Shown here: one piece after another, positions 34,184 through 44,754 of the stretch
Numbering within the stretch: the stretch's first letter is position 1
Layout: each line of letters starts with the position of its first letter
Made by a program: the position numbers and the translations under genes
Assembly (NCBI GenBank): GCA_938005315.1
Contig: CALLOB010000049.1
Span: 5,978-69,977, forward strand
Length of the DNA stretch: 64,000 nt
Direction: 5' to 3'
Source: an uncultured Phycisphaerae bacterium
GTDB lineage: Bacteria > Planctomycetota > Phycisphaerae > UBA1845 > PWPN01
The notes under the pieces: generated by a model
What the model was told of the DNA's origin: nothing
Database searches by the model: none
The model's input: only the letters and a program-made list of their open reading frames with translations

Positions 34184-35203
34184 ATGGTCATCATCGATTC
34201 CTACCCGCTGGCGGTGTTCATGTGCGTGATCACGATGTTGTGCTGGGGTTCCTGGGCCAACATGCAAAAGCTGGCCAGCAAGGAGTGGAGGTTCCAGCTG
34301 TTCTACTGGGATTATGCGATCGGCGTGCTGCTGCTGACGGTCGTGCTGGCCTTGACCATGGGCAGCATGGGCGCAGGCGGCAGGAGCTTCTTCGACGATC
34401 TCGGCCAGGCTCAGGGGCGGTTCATCCTCTCGGCGCTGATCGGCGGGGCGGTATTCAACGTGGCCAACATCCTGCTGGTGGCGGCCATCGACATCGCCGG
34501 CCTGGCGGTGGCCTTTCCGGTGGGCATCGGCATCGCCCTGGTGTGGGGGGTGATCACCACATACCTGACCCGGCCGGCGGGCAACCCGGTGCTGCTGTTT
34601 GTGGGCGTGGGCTTCGTGGCGGCGGCGATCCTGATCAACGCCGCGGCCTACCGGCGGCTGCCGTCGTCGGGCCAGCGGACCACGGGCAAGGGGCTGGCCA
34701 TTTCGGTCGCCGCGGGCGTGCTGATGGGATTCTTCTACCGGTTCGTGGCCGCATCCATCGTTGAGATCGGCCGCATCGCCGATCCCGCGGAGGCCGGCAA
34801 GCTCACGCCGTATACCGCGCTGGTGTTTTTCGCCCTGGGGCTGTTTCTGTCCAACTTCGTGCTGAACACCGCGGTGATGCTGCGGCCCTTCGTCGGCGAT
34901 CCCGTGCCGCCTCTGGATTACTTCCGCCGGGGCAACCCCCGCCTGCACCTGATCGGTATCGTCGGCGGAGTGATCTGGAGCATCGGCATGTCCTTCAGCA
35001 TCCTGGCCGGCGACAGCGCGGGTTACGCGATCTCCTACGGTCTGGGCCAGGGGGCGACGATGGTGGCGGCGCTGTGGGGCGTCTTCATCTGGCGCGAGTT
35101 CAGGGCGGCGCCGCAAGGCACGAACGGGCTGCTGGCGCTGATGTTCGCGTGCTTCGTCGGCGGGCTCGGTCTGATCGTCTACGCCAACGCGGGAGCCCAA
35201 TGA
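34184..35203 (+). CDS. DMT-superfamily sugar porter (GRP/RbsU/RhaT-like)
   Basis: GAAGGAG RBS and an internal ATG in frame with track ORF 33704..35203. There are ~10 predicted TM segments. It sits immediately upstream of ribokinase. Confidence 0.6.
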   Translation: MVIIDSYPLAVFMCVITMLCWGSWANMQKLASKEWRFQLFYWDYAIGVLLLTVVLALTMGSMGAGGRSFFDDLGQAQGRFILSALIGGAVFNVANILLVAAIDIAGLAVAFPVGIGIALVWGVITTYLTRPAGNPVLLFVGVGFVAAAILINAAAYRRLPSSGQRTTGKGLAISVAAGVLMGFFYRFVAASIVEIGRIADPAEAGKLTPYTALVFFALGLFLSNFVLNTAVMLRPFVGDPVPPLDYFRRGNPRLHLIGIVGGVIWSIGMSFSILAGDSAGYAISYGLGQGATMVAALWGVFIWREFRAAPQGTNGLLALMFACFVGGLGLIVYANAGAQ

Positions 35204-35213
35204 GGGGGGTTTC

Positions 35214-36137
<924 letters not shown>

Positions 36138-36258
36138 TGCCGGACCGGCCCGGAGCGGCCGACACGCGGTGTCCGTCCCGCTTTCCGAGCGGCAGGTCCC
36201 CACGATCACGTTCGCCGATCGGGCTTCCTTCCTTCCGTCCGGCCTTCCGGGCGCAGGG

Positions 36259-37305
36259 TCACTGCCCGTCGAACAACGAGCCCTGCCCGTCCTGCCCGGC
36301 GGGGGCGACCCAGGGAAGATTCAGGTGTTCGCAGGCCGCGCGGGTCGCGCAGCGGCCCTGGCGGGTGCGGACGATGAAGCCGATCTGCAGCAGGTAGGGC
36401 TCGACCACGTCCTCGAGCGTGTCGCGTTCCTGGCCCAGCGTGGCCGCCAGGGCCTCAATGCCCGCCGGCCCGCCGTTGAAGACCCGGATCAGGGCGGTCA
36501 GCAGCGTGCGGTCGAGTTCGTCCAGGCCCAGCCGGTCGATCTGGAGGATGTCGCAGGCCTGCACCACCACCTCCGGCGTGATCTGGCCGTCGGCCCGGAC
36601 CTGGGCATAGTCGCGTACGCGCTTGAGCAGCCGGTTGGCCACCCGCGGCGTGCCCCGGGCGCGGGAGGCGATGGCCGTGAGGGCCTCGTCCTCGGCCTGA
36701 ACCCGGAGTTTGGCCGCGGATCGCCGCAGGATCTCGGTCAGCTCCTGGACGGTGTAGAAGTCGAAGTGGAACTGGATGCCGAAGCGGTCGCGCATGGCCG
36801 CGGTCAGGAGCCCGCTGCGGGTCGTCGCTCCGATGAGGGTGAACGGCGGCAGGGCGATGTTGACCGTGCGGCCGCTGATGCCGCTGTCGATGGTGAAATC
36901 GACGCGGAAGTCCTCCATGGCCGCATAGAGGAACTCCTCGACGGTTCGGCTGAGCCGGTGGATTTCGTCGATGAACAGCACATCGCCGCGCTTCATCTCC
37001 GTCAGCCAGTGCATCAAGTCGCCCGGCTTGGTGACCGCCGGTCCGCTGGTCACGCGCAGGGTCGCGCCGAGCTCGTTGGCCACCACGTTGGCCAGCGTGG
37101 TCTTGCCCAGTCCCGGCGGCCCGGACATCAGCACGTGTTCCATGGGTTCGCCGCGCCGGCGGGCGGCCTCCAGGGCGATGGTGAGCTGCTCAATGACCTG
37201 CCGCTGGCCGACGACCTCGTCCAGCCGCCGGGGCCGCAGCGATTCATGGAGCCGGTCTTCCTCCTGTCCGACGGACCGGCCGGTGATCACCCGCTCGCGT
37301 GCCAT
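36259..37305 (-). CDS. ruvB: Holliday junction helicase RuvB
   Basis: LRPRRLDEVVGQ, GPPGLGKTTLA, LFIDEIHRL, GATTRSGLLT. Confidence 0.92.
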   Translation of the reverse strand: MARERVITGRSVGQEEDRLHESLRPRRLDEVVGQRQVIEQLTIALEAARRRGEPMEHVLMSGPPGLGKTTLANVVANELGATLRVTSGPAVTKPGDLMHWLTEMKRGDVLFIDEIHRLSRTVEEFLYAAMEDFRVDFTIDSGISGRTVNIALPPFTLIGATTRSGLLTAAMRDRFGIQFHFDFYTVQELTEILRRSAAKLRVQAEDEALTAIASRARGTPRVANRLLKRVRDYAQVRADGQITPEVVVQACDILQIDRLGLDELDRTLLTALIRVFNGGPAGIEALAATLGQERDTLEDVVEPYLLQIGFIVRTRQGRCATRAACEHLNLPWVAPAGQDGQGSLFDGQ

Positions 37306-37308
37306 CCA

Positions 37309-37944
37309 TCAACCCTCCAGCCCGCTGCGGATCCGGTAGGCCAGCCGCACCCACTCGTCGGCCCCGCGCCGCCCGGGGTGGCGGGCGACGGCCTGATCGA
37401 GCCATCGCTCGGCCTCGACGCGCTTCTCGCCGAGCGCGACCATGACCTGCAGGGCGTCGTCCAGTTCGGCCGGCCGCGGGCCTGCGGTTTCCTGAGTGTG
37501 CGGGCGGGCGGCCCCGATGGCGAAGACCTCCACCTTGCCTTTGAGCTCGGCGATGATCTGGTCGGCCATCCGCCGCCCGATGCCCGGCAGGGCGGCCAGC
37601 GCCCGGGCGTCGCCGGATTCGATGGCCGCGGCCACCTCGCAGGCCGGCTGAACCAGGGCCTTGAGGGCCTTGCGGGTGCCCATGTTCTTGACGGTGATGA
37701 ACAGTTCGAAGAAGGCCCGCTCCTCGGGCGTCAGAAAGCCGACCAGCCGCGGCGTCAGGTTGCCGCCGGTGGCGCTGCCCTCGAGGTAGTGCAGGGTGTA
37801 CAGCGTGACCTCGCGACCGCGCTGTTCCTCCAGGGCCTCGCGGGCCGAGCCGCAGACCATGATCTCATAGGCCAGCCCGTCGCGGTCCAGCACGGCCCGG
37901 GCTTCGCCGATCTCGGTCAGGTTTCCGGTGATGCGGACGATCAT
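37309..37944 (-). CDS. ruvA: Holliday junction DNA-binding protein RuvA
   Basis: MIVRITGNL..., LVGFLTPEERAFFELFITVKNMGTRKAL, LPGIGRRMADQII. Confidence 0.88.
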   Translation of the reverse strand: MIVRITGNLTEIGEARAVLDRDGLAYEIMVCGSAREALEEQRGREVTLYTLHYLEGSATGGNLTPRLVGFLTPEERAFFELFITVKNMGTRKALKALVQPACEVAAAIESGDARALAALPGIGRRMADQIIAELKGKVEVFAIGAARPHTQETAGPRPAELDDALQVMVALGEKRVEAERWLDQAVARHPGRRGADEWVRLAYRIRSGLEG

Positions 37945-37948
37945 GGCT

Positions 37949-38488
37949 TCACTCGAGCAGCAGGTCGTCGTTGACCATGGCCAGGCGGGCCGGCTGGCTG
38001 AGCACGGCGACGCCGCACAGGGCCATGGCCAGGGCGTCGGCCACGTCGGGCGGTTCGGGAACGGCGTTCATCGTCAGCACGGCCGCCACCGCCCGCTGCA
38101 TCTGCTCCTTGGAGGCCCGCCCGTTTCCGGTCAGGTGCCGCTTGACGGTGGTGGACGGCAGGTTGAGCACCTCGATGCCGTGGCGGGCGGCCTCCAGCAG
38201 GATCACGCCGCGGGCATGGGCCATGAGGATGGCGGTGCGCGGGCGCTGGTAGTGGGAGTAGACCTGCTCGACGGCCACGACGTCCACGTCGTTCTCGTTG
38301 AACAGCTCGTCGAGCCCCGCGGCCAGTTCCGCCAGCCGCAGGGCCAGCGTGCCGGTGGCCGACGGGCGCAGGACTCCGGCCTCCACCACCTCGATGCGGT
38401 CGGCGTCGCGATCGACGCGCAACACGCCGTAGCCGGTGGCCCGCAGCCCCGGGTCGATGCCGCAGATGATCTCGGTTCCCCGCGTCAA
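37949..38488 (-). CDS. ruvC: Holliday junction resolvase RuvC
   Basis: IICGIDPGLRATGYGVL, AVEQVY, DVADALAMALC. Confidence 0.88.
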   Translation of the reverse strand: MTRGTEIICGIDPGLRATGYGVLRVDRDADRIEVVEAGVLRPSATGTLALRLAELAAGLDELFNENDVDVVAVEQVYSHYQRPRTAILMAHARGVILLEAARHGIEVLNLPSTTVKRHLTGNGRASKEQMQRAVAAVLTMNAVPEPPDVADALAMALCGVAVLSQPARLAMVNDDLLLE

Positions 38489-38549
38489 TCCACGCCCTCC
38501 GCGTCTGCGGGTCGCCGCCGGACCGTTTCACCGGCTTCGACCGATGCGC

Positions 38550-40058
38550 TCAGCCCTCGCGGCGCCAGACGGTTCCCTCGGGGCGGTCCTCCAGTCGGAT
38601 GCCGTGTCCGGCCAGGCGGTCCCGGATCATGTCCGAGAGGGCGAACTGCCGGGTCTTGCGGGCCTCGGCCCGCACGGCGATCAGCAGCTCCATCAGCTCG
38701 CCGACCAGGGCGTCGACTGCGGCCGCGGGCCGGGCCGGCGGACGCTCGAACAATCCGAGAATCCCCCCCAGTTCGCGCAGCGTCTGGACCGCGGCGGAGG
38801 CCAGCCGCCGGACGCGCTGGTCGGAGGTCGTCTCGGCCCGCTGCTCGTCCATGAAGCGGTTGATCGTCGTGGCCAGCTCGAACAGCACGCCGATCGCGCC
38901 GCCGGTGTTGAAGTCGTCGTCCATCTGCTCGAAAAACCGGCGTTGATGGTTCGCACAGGCTTCGGCGAAGGCCTCGAAGCCCGCGGCGGCGGCCGGGCCG
39001 GCCTGCTCGAGCGTTTCGCCGCCGGCATACGGGTCGCGCCCCGAGATCCGGGCGGCGCGTTCGAACAGGCGGTAGAACGACTCGAGTCCCTTCTGCCTGG
39101 CGGCCATCTCCTCGTCGGAGAAATCGATCGGCCGGCGGTAGTGGGTGGCCAGCACGAAGAAGCGCAGCAGCTCGCCGGAGTACTTTTCCAGCAGCCGCGA
39201 GAGCACCAGCTGCTCCATCAGCCGGGCCATCTGGGGGTCGGACTTGCTGATTTTCTTGGTGTTGAACCTGGTCAGCCCGTTGTGCATCCAGTACTTCGCG
39301 AACGGTCGGCCGAAGCAGGTCTCCGACTGGGCGATCTCGTTCTCGTGGTGCGGGAAGATGAGGTCCATGCCCCCGCCGTGGATGTCGAAGCTCTCGCCGA
39401 GGTACCTGACGCTCATGGCCGTGCACTCGATGTGCCAGCCCGGTCGCCCCTTGCCCCAGGGCGAGTCGAACTGCACCTCCGGCGGCTCATCCGGCTTGGC
39501 GGCCTTCCAGAGGGCGAAGTCGCCGGCGTGGCGTTTCTCCTGGCCGGTCAGTTCCCGCAGCCCGGCCAGCTGGTCCTCGGCCCGGCGGTGAGAGAGCTTG
39601 CCGTAGTCCTCGTCGGCGGTGACGTCGAAATAGACGTCGCCCCCGGAGACGTAGGCCGCCCCGCGATCGATCAGCCGGCGGCAGATGTCGATGATCTCGG
39701 GGATGTGCTCGCTGGCCCGCGGCATGTGGTCGATGCCGGTGACGTTCAGGGCCTGCAGGGCCGCCAGGTAGCCTTCGGTGACCCGGCGGGCAAGCTCGTC
39801 CACCCGGCAGCCCTGGGCGGCGGCCTCCGCGATCAGCTTGTCGTCCACGTCGGTGATGTTGACCACCCAGGTGACCTGATACCCCTTGCGGCGCAGATAA
39901 CGCTTGAAGGCGTCGAAGATGATCGGCCCGACGGCATGCCCGATGTGGCTGGGCTTGTAGACCGTGGGGCCGCAGACGTACATGCCGACGCGTCCGGGCA
40001 CCAGCGGTTCAAAAGGCTCCTTCTGCTGCGTCAGGGAGTTGTAGATTCTCATCGCCAT
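38550..40058 (-). CDS. cysS: Cysteine--tRNA ligase
   Basis: MYVCGPTVYKPSHIGHA (HIGH), WGKGRPGWHIEC, KISKS (KMSKS-type). Confidence 0.92.
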   Translation of the reverse strand: MAMRIYNSLTQQKEPFEPLVPGRVGMYVCGPTVYKPSHIGHAVGPIIFDAFKRYLRRKGYQVTWVVNITDVDDKLIAEAAAQGCRVDELARRVTEGYLAALQALNVTGIDHMPRASEHIPEIIDICRRLIDRGAAYVSGGDVYFDVTADEDYGKLSHRRAEDQLAGLRELTGQEKRHAGDFALWKAAKPDEPPEVQFDSPWGKGRPGWHIECTAMSVRYLGESFDIHGGGMDLIFPHHENEIAQSETCFGRPFAKYWMHNGLTRFNTKKISKSDPQMARLMEQLVLSRLLEKYSGELLRFFVLATHYRRPIDFSDEEMAARQKGLESFYRLFERAARISGRDPYAGGETLEQAGPAAAAGFEAFAEACANHQRRFFEQMDDDFNTGGAIGVLFELATTINRFMDEQRAETTSDQRVRRLASAAVQTLRELGGILGLFERPPARPAAAVDALVGELMELLIAVRAEARKTRQFALSDMIRDRLAGHGIRLEDRPEGTVWRREG

Positions 40059-40089
40059 ACGTCTTGCATCCCTCTCCGTGCGGGCCGGA

Positions 40090-40593
40090 TCACGGCACCG
40101 GCTGCCCGCGCCCCAGGCTCACGATGGCCGTGCAGGCCACGGCCTGGCCGCGTCCCAGGGCGTCCACGCCCTCATGCGTCTTGGCTTTGATGCTCACACG
40201 GTCCGGGTCCGTCCCCAGCAGCCGGGCGACTTCGTCGCGGATCGCCGCCTTGTAGGGGCTCAGGCGCGGACGTTCGGCGTGGATGATCACGTCGGCGTTG
40301 ACCGGCGCGAAACCCAGGGCCCGCACCCGCTGCATGACCTGTTCGATCAGCCGTCCGCTGTCGATGCCCGCATAGGCCGGATCGCTGTCCGGAAACATCT
40401 CGCCGATGTCCGGGAGCCCCGCCGCCCCGGCCAGGGCGTCGATGAGGGCATGCAGCACCACGTCGCCGTCGCTGTGTCCGGCTGGCCCCTGGTCGAAGGG
40501 CACTTCGACATGCCCGAGCACCAGGGGCCGCCCCGGCACCATCCGGTGCAGGTCGGTCCCGATGCCCACGCGGTGAATGGCCTTTTCAGGCAT
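40090..40593 (-). CDS. ispF: 2-C-methyl-D-erythritol 2,4-cyclodiphosphate synthase
   Basis: Internal ATG at 40593. HRVGIGTDLHR, GHSDGDVVLHALIDAL, FPDSDP. Confidence 0.88.
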   Translation of the reverse strand: MPEKAIHRVGIGTDLHRMVPGRPLVLGHVEVPFDQGPAGHSDGDVVLHALIDALAGAAGLPDIGEMFPDSDPAYAGIDSGRLIEQVMQRVRALGFAPVNADVIIHAERPRLSPYKAAIRDEVARLLGTDPDRVSIKAKTHEGVDALGRGQAVACTAIVSLGRGQPVP

Positions 40594-40875
40594 ATCCCCG
40601 GCGACCGTTCCGCACAGCCATGCTCGTGCAGGCCATGGCATCACCGGCGCCGGCGTCTCAAGCGCGCCCGCCGCGCCGCGGACCCGGGCCGGCCCGCCGA
40701 TAGATTACGGCTCAAGCCGCGAGGATTCAAACACTTGCGCTTGCCGGAGCTGGCGGCGGGTCCGTGCCGGGTCAGGCGGCGATGAAGCGCCCCGGCGGGC
40801 CTGCAGGGTTCCTTTCGCGTCGTCGGCCGTATGGAGGGCCCCCGCGCCGTCGGGGCCGTATGCCGATGGTGCGGC

Positions 40876-40967
40876 GGACGCGACGGAGCGCGTCCCTCCG
40901 AACGGATTCGGACGCGACGGAGCGCGTCCCTCCGAACGGATTCGGACGCGACGGAGCGCGTCCCTCC
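40876..40967. repeat. REP-like palindromic elements, three tandem units (34-bp period)
   Basis: GGACGCGACGGAGCGCGTCCCTCC at 40876, 40910 and 40944, separated by GAACGGATTC. The core is the same as in the 9056-9415 cluster. Intergenic. Confidence 0.9.
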
Positions 40968-40992
40968 GGGTCGGAGGATGCGGCACGCCCGG

Positions 40993-42627
40993 TCAGCGCC
41001 GGACGCTGTCCTTGATGCGCTTGACGTGCCCGCGTCCCAGCCCTTTGACCTCGCAGCCCAGCTCGAAGTACCGGCGGATCTTCGCGTCGTCGAGGATGCC
41101 GAAGCAGTCCACCACCGCGCAGGGCCGGCCGGTCATCCGCACCACCTCGTCGGGATTCAACTTCAGGTAGGGTTCGTGCCGCACGGCCAGGATCACGGCG
41201 TCGGCGTCCTTGAGGGCGACGGCCAGGTCCTGCTCGATGCGGGCGTCCTTGAGCCCCTCCTGGTTGCGGAAGAACCGGGCCCAGCTCTGCCCGACGGCCG
41301 GGTAGGTGTCCTGGCTCTCCAGCTCCCACCAGTGGCGGACGTAGGGGTCGTGGATGCCGATCTCGGCGCCCATCTCGGCCAGCTTGCGGACCACCAGCTC
41401 GCTGCCGGAGTAGCGGGTGTCGCCGACGTCCTCGCGGTAGGCGGCCCCGAGCAGCACGCAGCGGCTGGCGGCCACGTACTTGCCCATGTTCCGCAGCGCG
41501 TCGCGCACCAGCTCGGCCACGTGCAGGGCGCGGGTGTCGTTGATGTTGATCGCCGCCTCGGTGATCTTGAAGAGCTCGTCCTCGAAGCCCATCAGGTGCT
41601 TGTAGGCCCACATGCCCAGCCCGCCGTCCTTGGGCAGGCAGTAACCGCCGATGCCCGGACCGGGGAAGATGATGTTGCTGTGCGTGGGGCGGACCTTGAT
41701 GGCGTTGACCACCTTGATGAGGTCCACGCCGTTGCGCTCGGCGAAGAGGCTCCACTCGTGAAGAAACGCCAGCATGGTCGCCCGGAAGCTGTTCTCGACG
41801 ATCTTGGTGGTCTCGCTCTCCAGCGGGCGGTCCATGACCGTCAGCGGGAACTTCTCGACGTTGAGCACCTCGGAGAGGAACTTCACCACCCGCTTGCGGC
41901 TGGCGTCGTTGACCCCGCTGCAGACCCGCCAGAAGTCGCGGATGCTGGAGACGTAGTTCCGGCCGGGCATGACCCGCTCGAAGCTGTGGGCCAGCAGCGG
42001 CTCGGAGCGGATGCCCCGCTTCTCGAAGGCCTTCTTGAGGATCGGGTAGGCGACGAACTCGGTGGTGCCCGGGGCGACGGTGGTCTCGATGAGCACCAGG
42101 CACTCCGGCGGAATCATGTCCCCGATCGTCGCGAGGCTCTTTTCAAGGGCGGCCATGTCCGCCGAGCCGGTCCGGAGATTGCCCAGCTCCTGTTTCACGT
42201 AGTCGCACTGCACGTCGACCACGACCACGTCGGCCAGCTTCAGGGCCTCGTGGGTGTAGGTGGCGATGAGCGTGCGGTTCTCCAGCACGCAGCGGGCGAT
42301 CATCGGATCGACCTCGGGGTCCTCGGCCTTGACCGGCGAGCGGCCGCGGTTGAGCAGCTCGATCTTCCAGTAGCTGCGGGTACTGGGCCGCTGATATCCG
42401 ATGACGAACTTGTTGTGCCGGCCGGTGACCTTGTCGCGGCTGTCGGCCACCACCGCGGCCATGACCGCGCCCACGAAGCCCACGCCCACGACGACCACGA
42501 TCTCCCGGCCCTGGGCCCGCTGGTCGTCTGTGATCTTCTTGAGCCGCTGGAATTCCGCGGGATACTGCTCCGGCGTGGGCAGGGGGAAAGATTCGCCTTC
42601 CGGGCTGATGCTGACCGATGCCGCCAT
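40993..42627 (-). CDS. Nucleotide-sugar dehydrogenase (UDP-glucose/GDP-mannose dehydrogenase family, TviB/WbpA-like)
   Basis: ATG at 42627 after GGAGGA. VVVGVGFVGAVMAAV Rossmann motif, GPGIGGYCLPKD catalytic Cys motif. At 544 aa it is longer than typical family members. Confidence 0.75.
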   Translation of the reverse strand: MAASVSISPEGESFPLPTPEQYPAEFQRLKKITDDQRAQGREIVVVVGVGFVGAVMAAVVADSRDKVTGRHNKFVIGYQRPSTRSYWKIELLNRGRSPVKAEDPEVDPMIARCVLENRTLIATYTHEALKLADVVVVDVQCDYVKQELGNLRTGSADMAALEKSLATIGDMIPPECLVLIETTVAPGTTEFVAYPILKKAFEKRGIRSEPLLAHSFERVMPGRNYVSSIRDFWRVCSGVNDASRKRVVKFLSEVLNVEKFPLTVMDRPLESETTKIVENSFRATMLAFLHEWSLFAERNGVDLIKVVNAIKVRPTHSNIIFPGPGIGGYCLPKDGGLGMWAYKHLMGFEDELFKITEAAININDTRALHVAELVRDALRNMGKYVAASRCVLLGAAYREDVGDTRYSGSELVVRKLAEMGAEIGIHDPYVRHWWELESQDTYPAVGQSWARFFRNQEGLKDARIEQDLAVALKDADAVILAVRHEPYLKLNPDEVVRMTGRPCAVVDCFGILDDAKIRRYFELGCEVKGLGRGHVKRIKDSVRR

Positions 42628-42973
42628 GACTTGTCCTCCGGATAAGAGTGAACCGCCATTGCCTGCGAGATTAGAGGGCCCGGCCCGGCGATGCAAGCCG
42701 TGGCGGTAGGGTATGCCGATCCGGCCCGACCGGCCCGCGGATTCACGCGGTCGCCCGGACGCGCCGTCGCCCGCATGCCCGCTCGCCGGGCCCGCGGGCA
42801 CCGGTGAGGGCTCGGCGGCCGGGGCGTGCTCGCCGAAGGGTCAGCCGGCGCCGGGCAAACGTGGCAGGGGAATGACTGCGACTCGGCCGGCCGCCGGCTC
42901 TGTCGCGGCGGCCAGCCTCGAAAGGGCTGCCCTCGGCCATGCGACGACGAACTCCGCGCGGCTGCTGTCCTTC

Positions 42974-44662
42974 TCACCTCGTCAGGCCGCGGGCCCGGTC
43001 ACGGATGGCCAGAAGGTCCTTCATGACGTTGTGCAGCGACTTGCGGTACGCGGCGGTGCCGAAGGCGTCGTGCAGCTGGCGGTAGAGCTCGAACAGCCGG
43101 TCATAGACCGCGTGGCGCCGCCGGTCGGGCCGGTAGACGGTTTTCTTCAGCCCGCACATCCTCGCCTGGGCGGCCTGGACCGAGTCGTAGCCGCCGGCGG
43201 CCCTGCCGGCGACGACGGCGCCGAAGATCGCCGCCCCCAGAGCGCAGGTCTGGGCCGAGCGGCTGATCCGCATCGGCCGGCCGGTGACGTCCGCGTAGAT
43301 CTGCATGACGAAGGGGTTCTTCTCGGCGATTCCGCCGCAGTTGATGACCTCGCGCACCTTCACGCCGTATTCCTCGAGCCGCTCCATGATCACCCGGGCG
43401 CCGAAGGCCGTGCCCTCGACCAGGGCGCGATACACCTCCGCGGGCGTGGTATGCAGCGTCTGGCCGACAAGCAGGCCGGTCAGGCGCGGATCGACCAGCA
43501 CCGTGCGGTTGCCGTTGTTCCAGTCCAGGGCCAGCAGGCCGGAGGCTCCCGGCGCGATCCGGGCCGCTGTGGCCGACAGCTCGGCGTGGGCCCGCTCGCC
43601 CCTGTCGAAGTAATTGACCCACCAGTTGAAGATATCGCCCACGGCCGACTGGCCGGCCTCCAGCCCGAAGAACCCCGGCACGATCGAGCCGTCCACGATC
43701 CCGCAAAGTCCGGGAATGTCGGGCAGCGGGCGGTTGTTGGGATGGATCATCATGTCGCACGAGCTGGTGCCCAGGATCTTGACCAGAGCCCCCGGTTTGA
43801 TGCCCGCGCCGACCGCGCCGAGGTGGGCGTCGATCGCCCCGACGGCCACGGGAATGCCCGGCGGCAGCCCCAGACGGCGGGCCCATACCGGACAGAGCTC
43901 GCCGGCCCTGGTGTCGGAGGTGTAGGCCTTCTGGAACGTGCCGTTGCGCCGCAACTCGCCCAGCCGGCGGTCGATGCGGGCCAGGAAGTCCGCCGCCGGC
44001 AGCGACCACTTCTCGTGATACATGGCCTTGTGGCCGGCCGCACAGACGTTGTGCTTCCATGTGGCCGGGTCGGCGTTGCCGGTGAGCACCGCCGGGATAT
44101 AGTCGGATTGCTCGACCCAGTAACGCGCCGCTTTCATCACCTTCGGCGCGACCCGGATGCAGCGCAGGGCCTTGGACCAGAACCACTCGCTGCTGTAGGT
44201 GCCGCCGCATTTGGCGAGGTACTCCGGGTGGACTTTCGCGGCCGCGGCGGTGATCTCGGCGGCCTCGGCGAAGGAGGTGTGGTCCTTCCACAGCCAGGCC
44301 TGGGCGTTCAGGTCGCGGCGGAAGGCCGGCAGATCGGCCAGGGCCCGCCCGGAGGCGTCCACCGGCAGCGGCGTGCTGGCGGTGGCGTCCACGCCGATGC
44401 CGATCACGTGCCCGGGAGAAAAACCGCGGACCTTCGCCGCCGAGCGCAGCGCCGCCTGCGTGCAGCGTGCGGCCGCCGCCAGCCAGTCCGCCGGCCGCTG
44501 GCGGGCGACGTTGGGATCGCGCGGGTCCAGCAGGATCCCGGCCTGGCCGCCGGTGTAGCCGGCCACGGCGGTGGCGATCTCCTCGCCGGTCCGGCAATCG
44601 ACGATCAGGGCCCGTGCCGAGTTGGTGCCGAAGTCGAGGCCCAGAGCGTAGGCGCCTGGCAT
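42974..44662 (-). CDS. araB: Ribulokinase (FGGY family)
   Basis: Internal ATG at 44662. YALGLDFGTNSARALIVD, GGTYSSEWFWSK, GLEAGQSAVGD, NCGGIAEKNP. Confidence 0.8.
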   Translation of the reverse strand: MPGAYALGLDFGTNSARALIVDCRTGEEIATAVAGYTGGQAGILLDPRDPNVARQRPADWLAAAARCTQAALRSAAKVRGFSPGHVIGIGVDATASTPLPVDASGRALADLPAFRRDLNAQAWLWKDHTSFAEAAEITAAAAKVHPEYLAKCGGTYSSEWFWSKALRCIRVAPKVMKAARYWVEQSDYIPAVLTGNADPATWKHNVCAAGHKAMYHEKWSLPAADFLARIDRRLGELRRNGTFQKAYTSDTRAGELCPVWARRLGLPPGIPVAVGAIDAHLGAVGAGIKPGALVKILGTSSCDMMIHPNNRPLPDIPGLCGIVDGSIVPGFFGLEAGQSAVGDIFNWWVNYFDRGERAHAELSATAARIAPGASGLLALDWNNGNRTVLVDPRLTGLLVGQTLHTTPAEVYRALVEGTAFGARVIMERLEEYGVKVREVINCGGIAEKNPFVMQIYADVTGRPMRISRSAQTCALGAAIFGAVVAGRAAGGYDSVQAAQARMCGLKKTVYRPDRRRHAVYDRLFELYRQLHDAFGTAAYRKSLHNVMKDLLAIRDRARGLTR

Positions 44663-44754
44663 GAGCTGCCTCCCGAATGAAAGGAACTCTGATTCACGGT
44701 CCGGCGGCCCGGCCATTCCGTGCCGCGCGGCCGGCGGCCTGCCGGGTCGTCCGT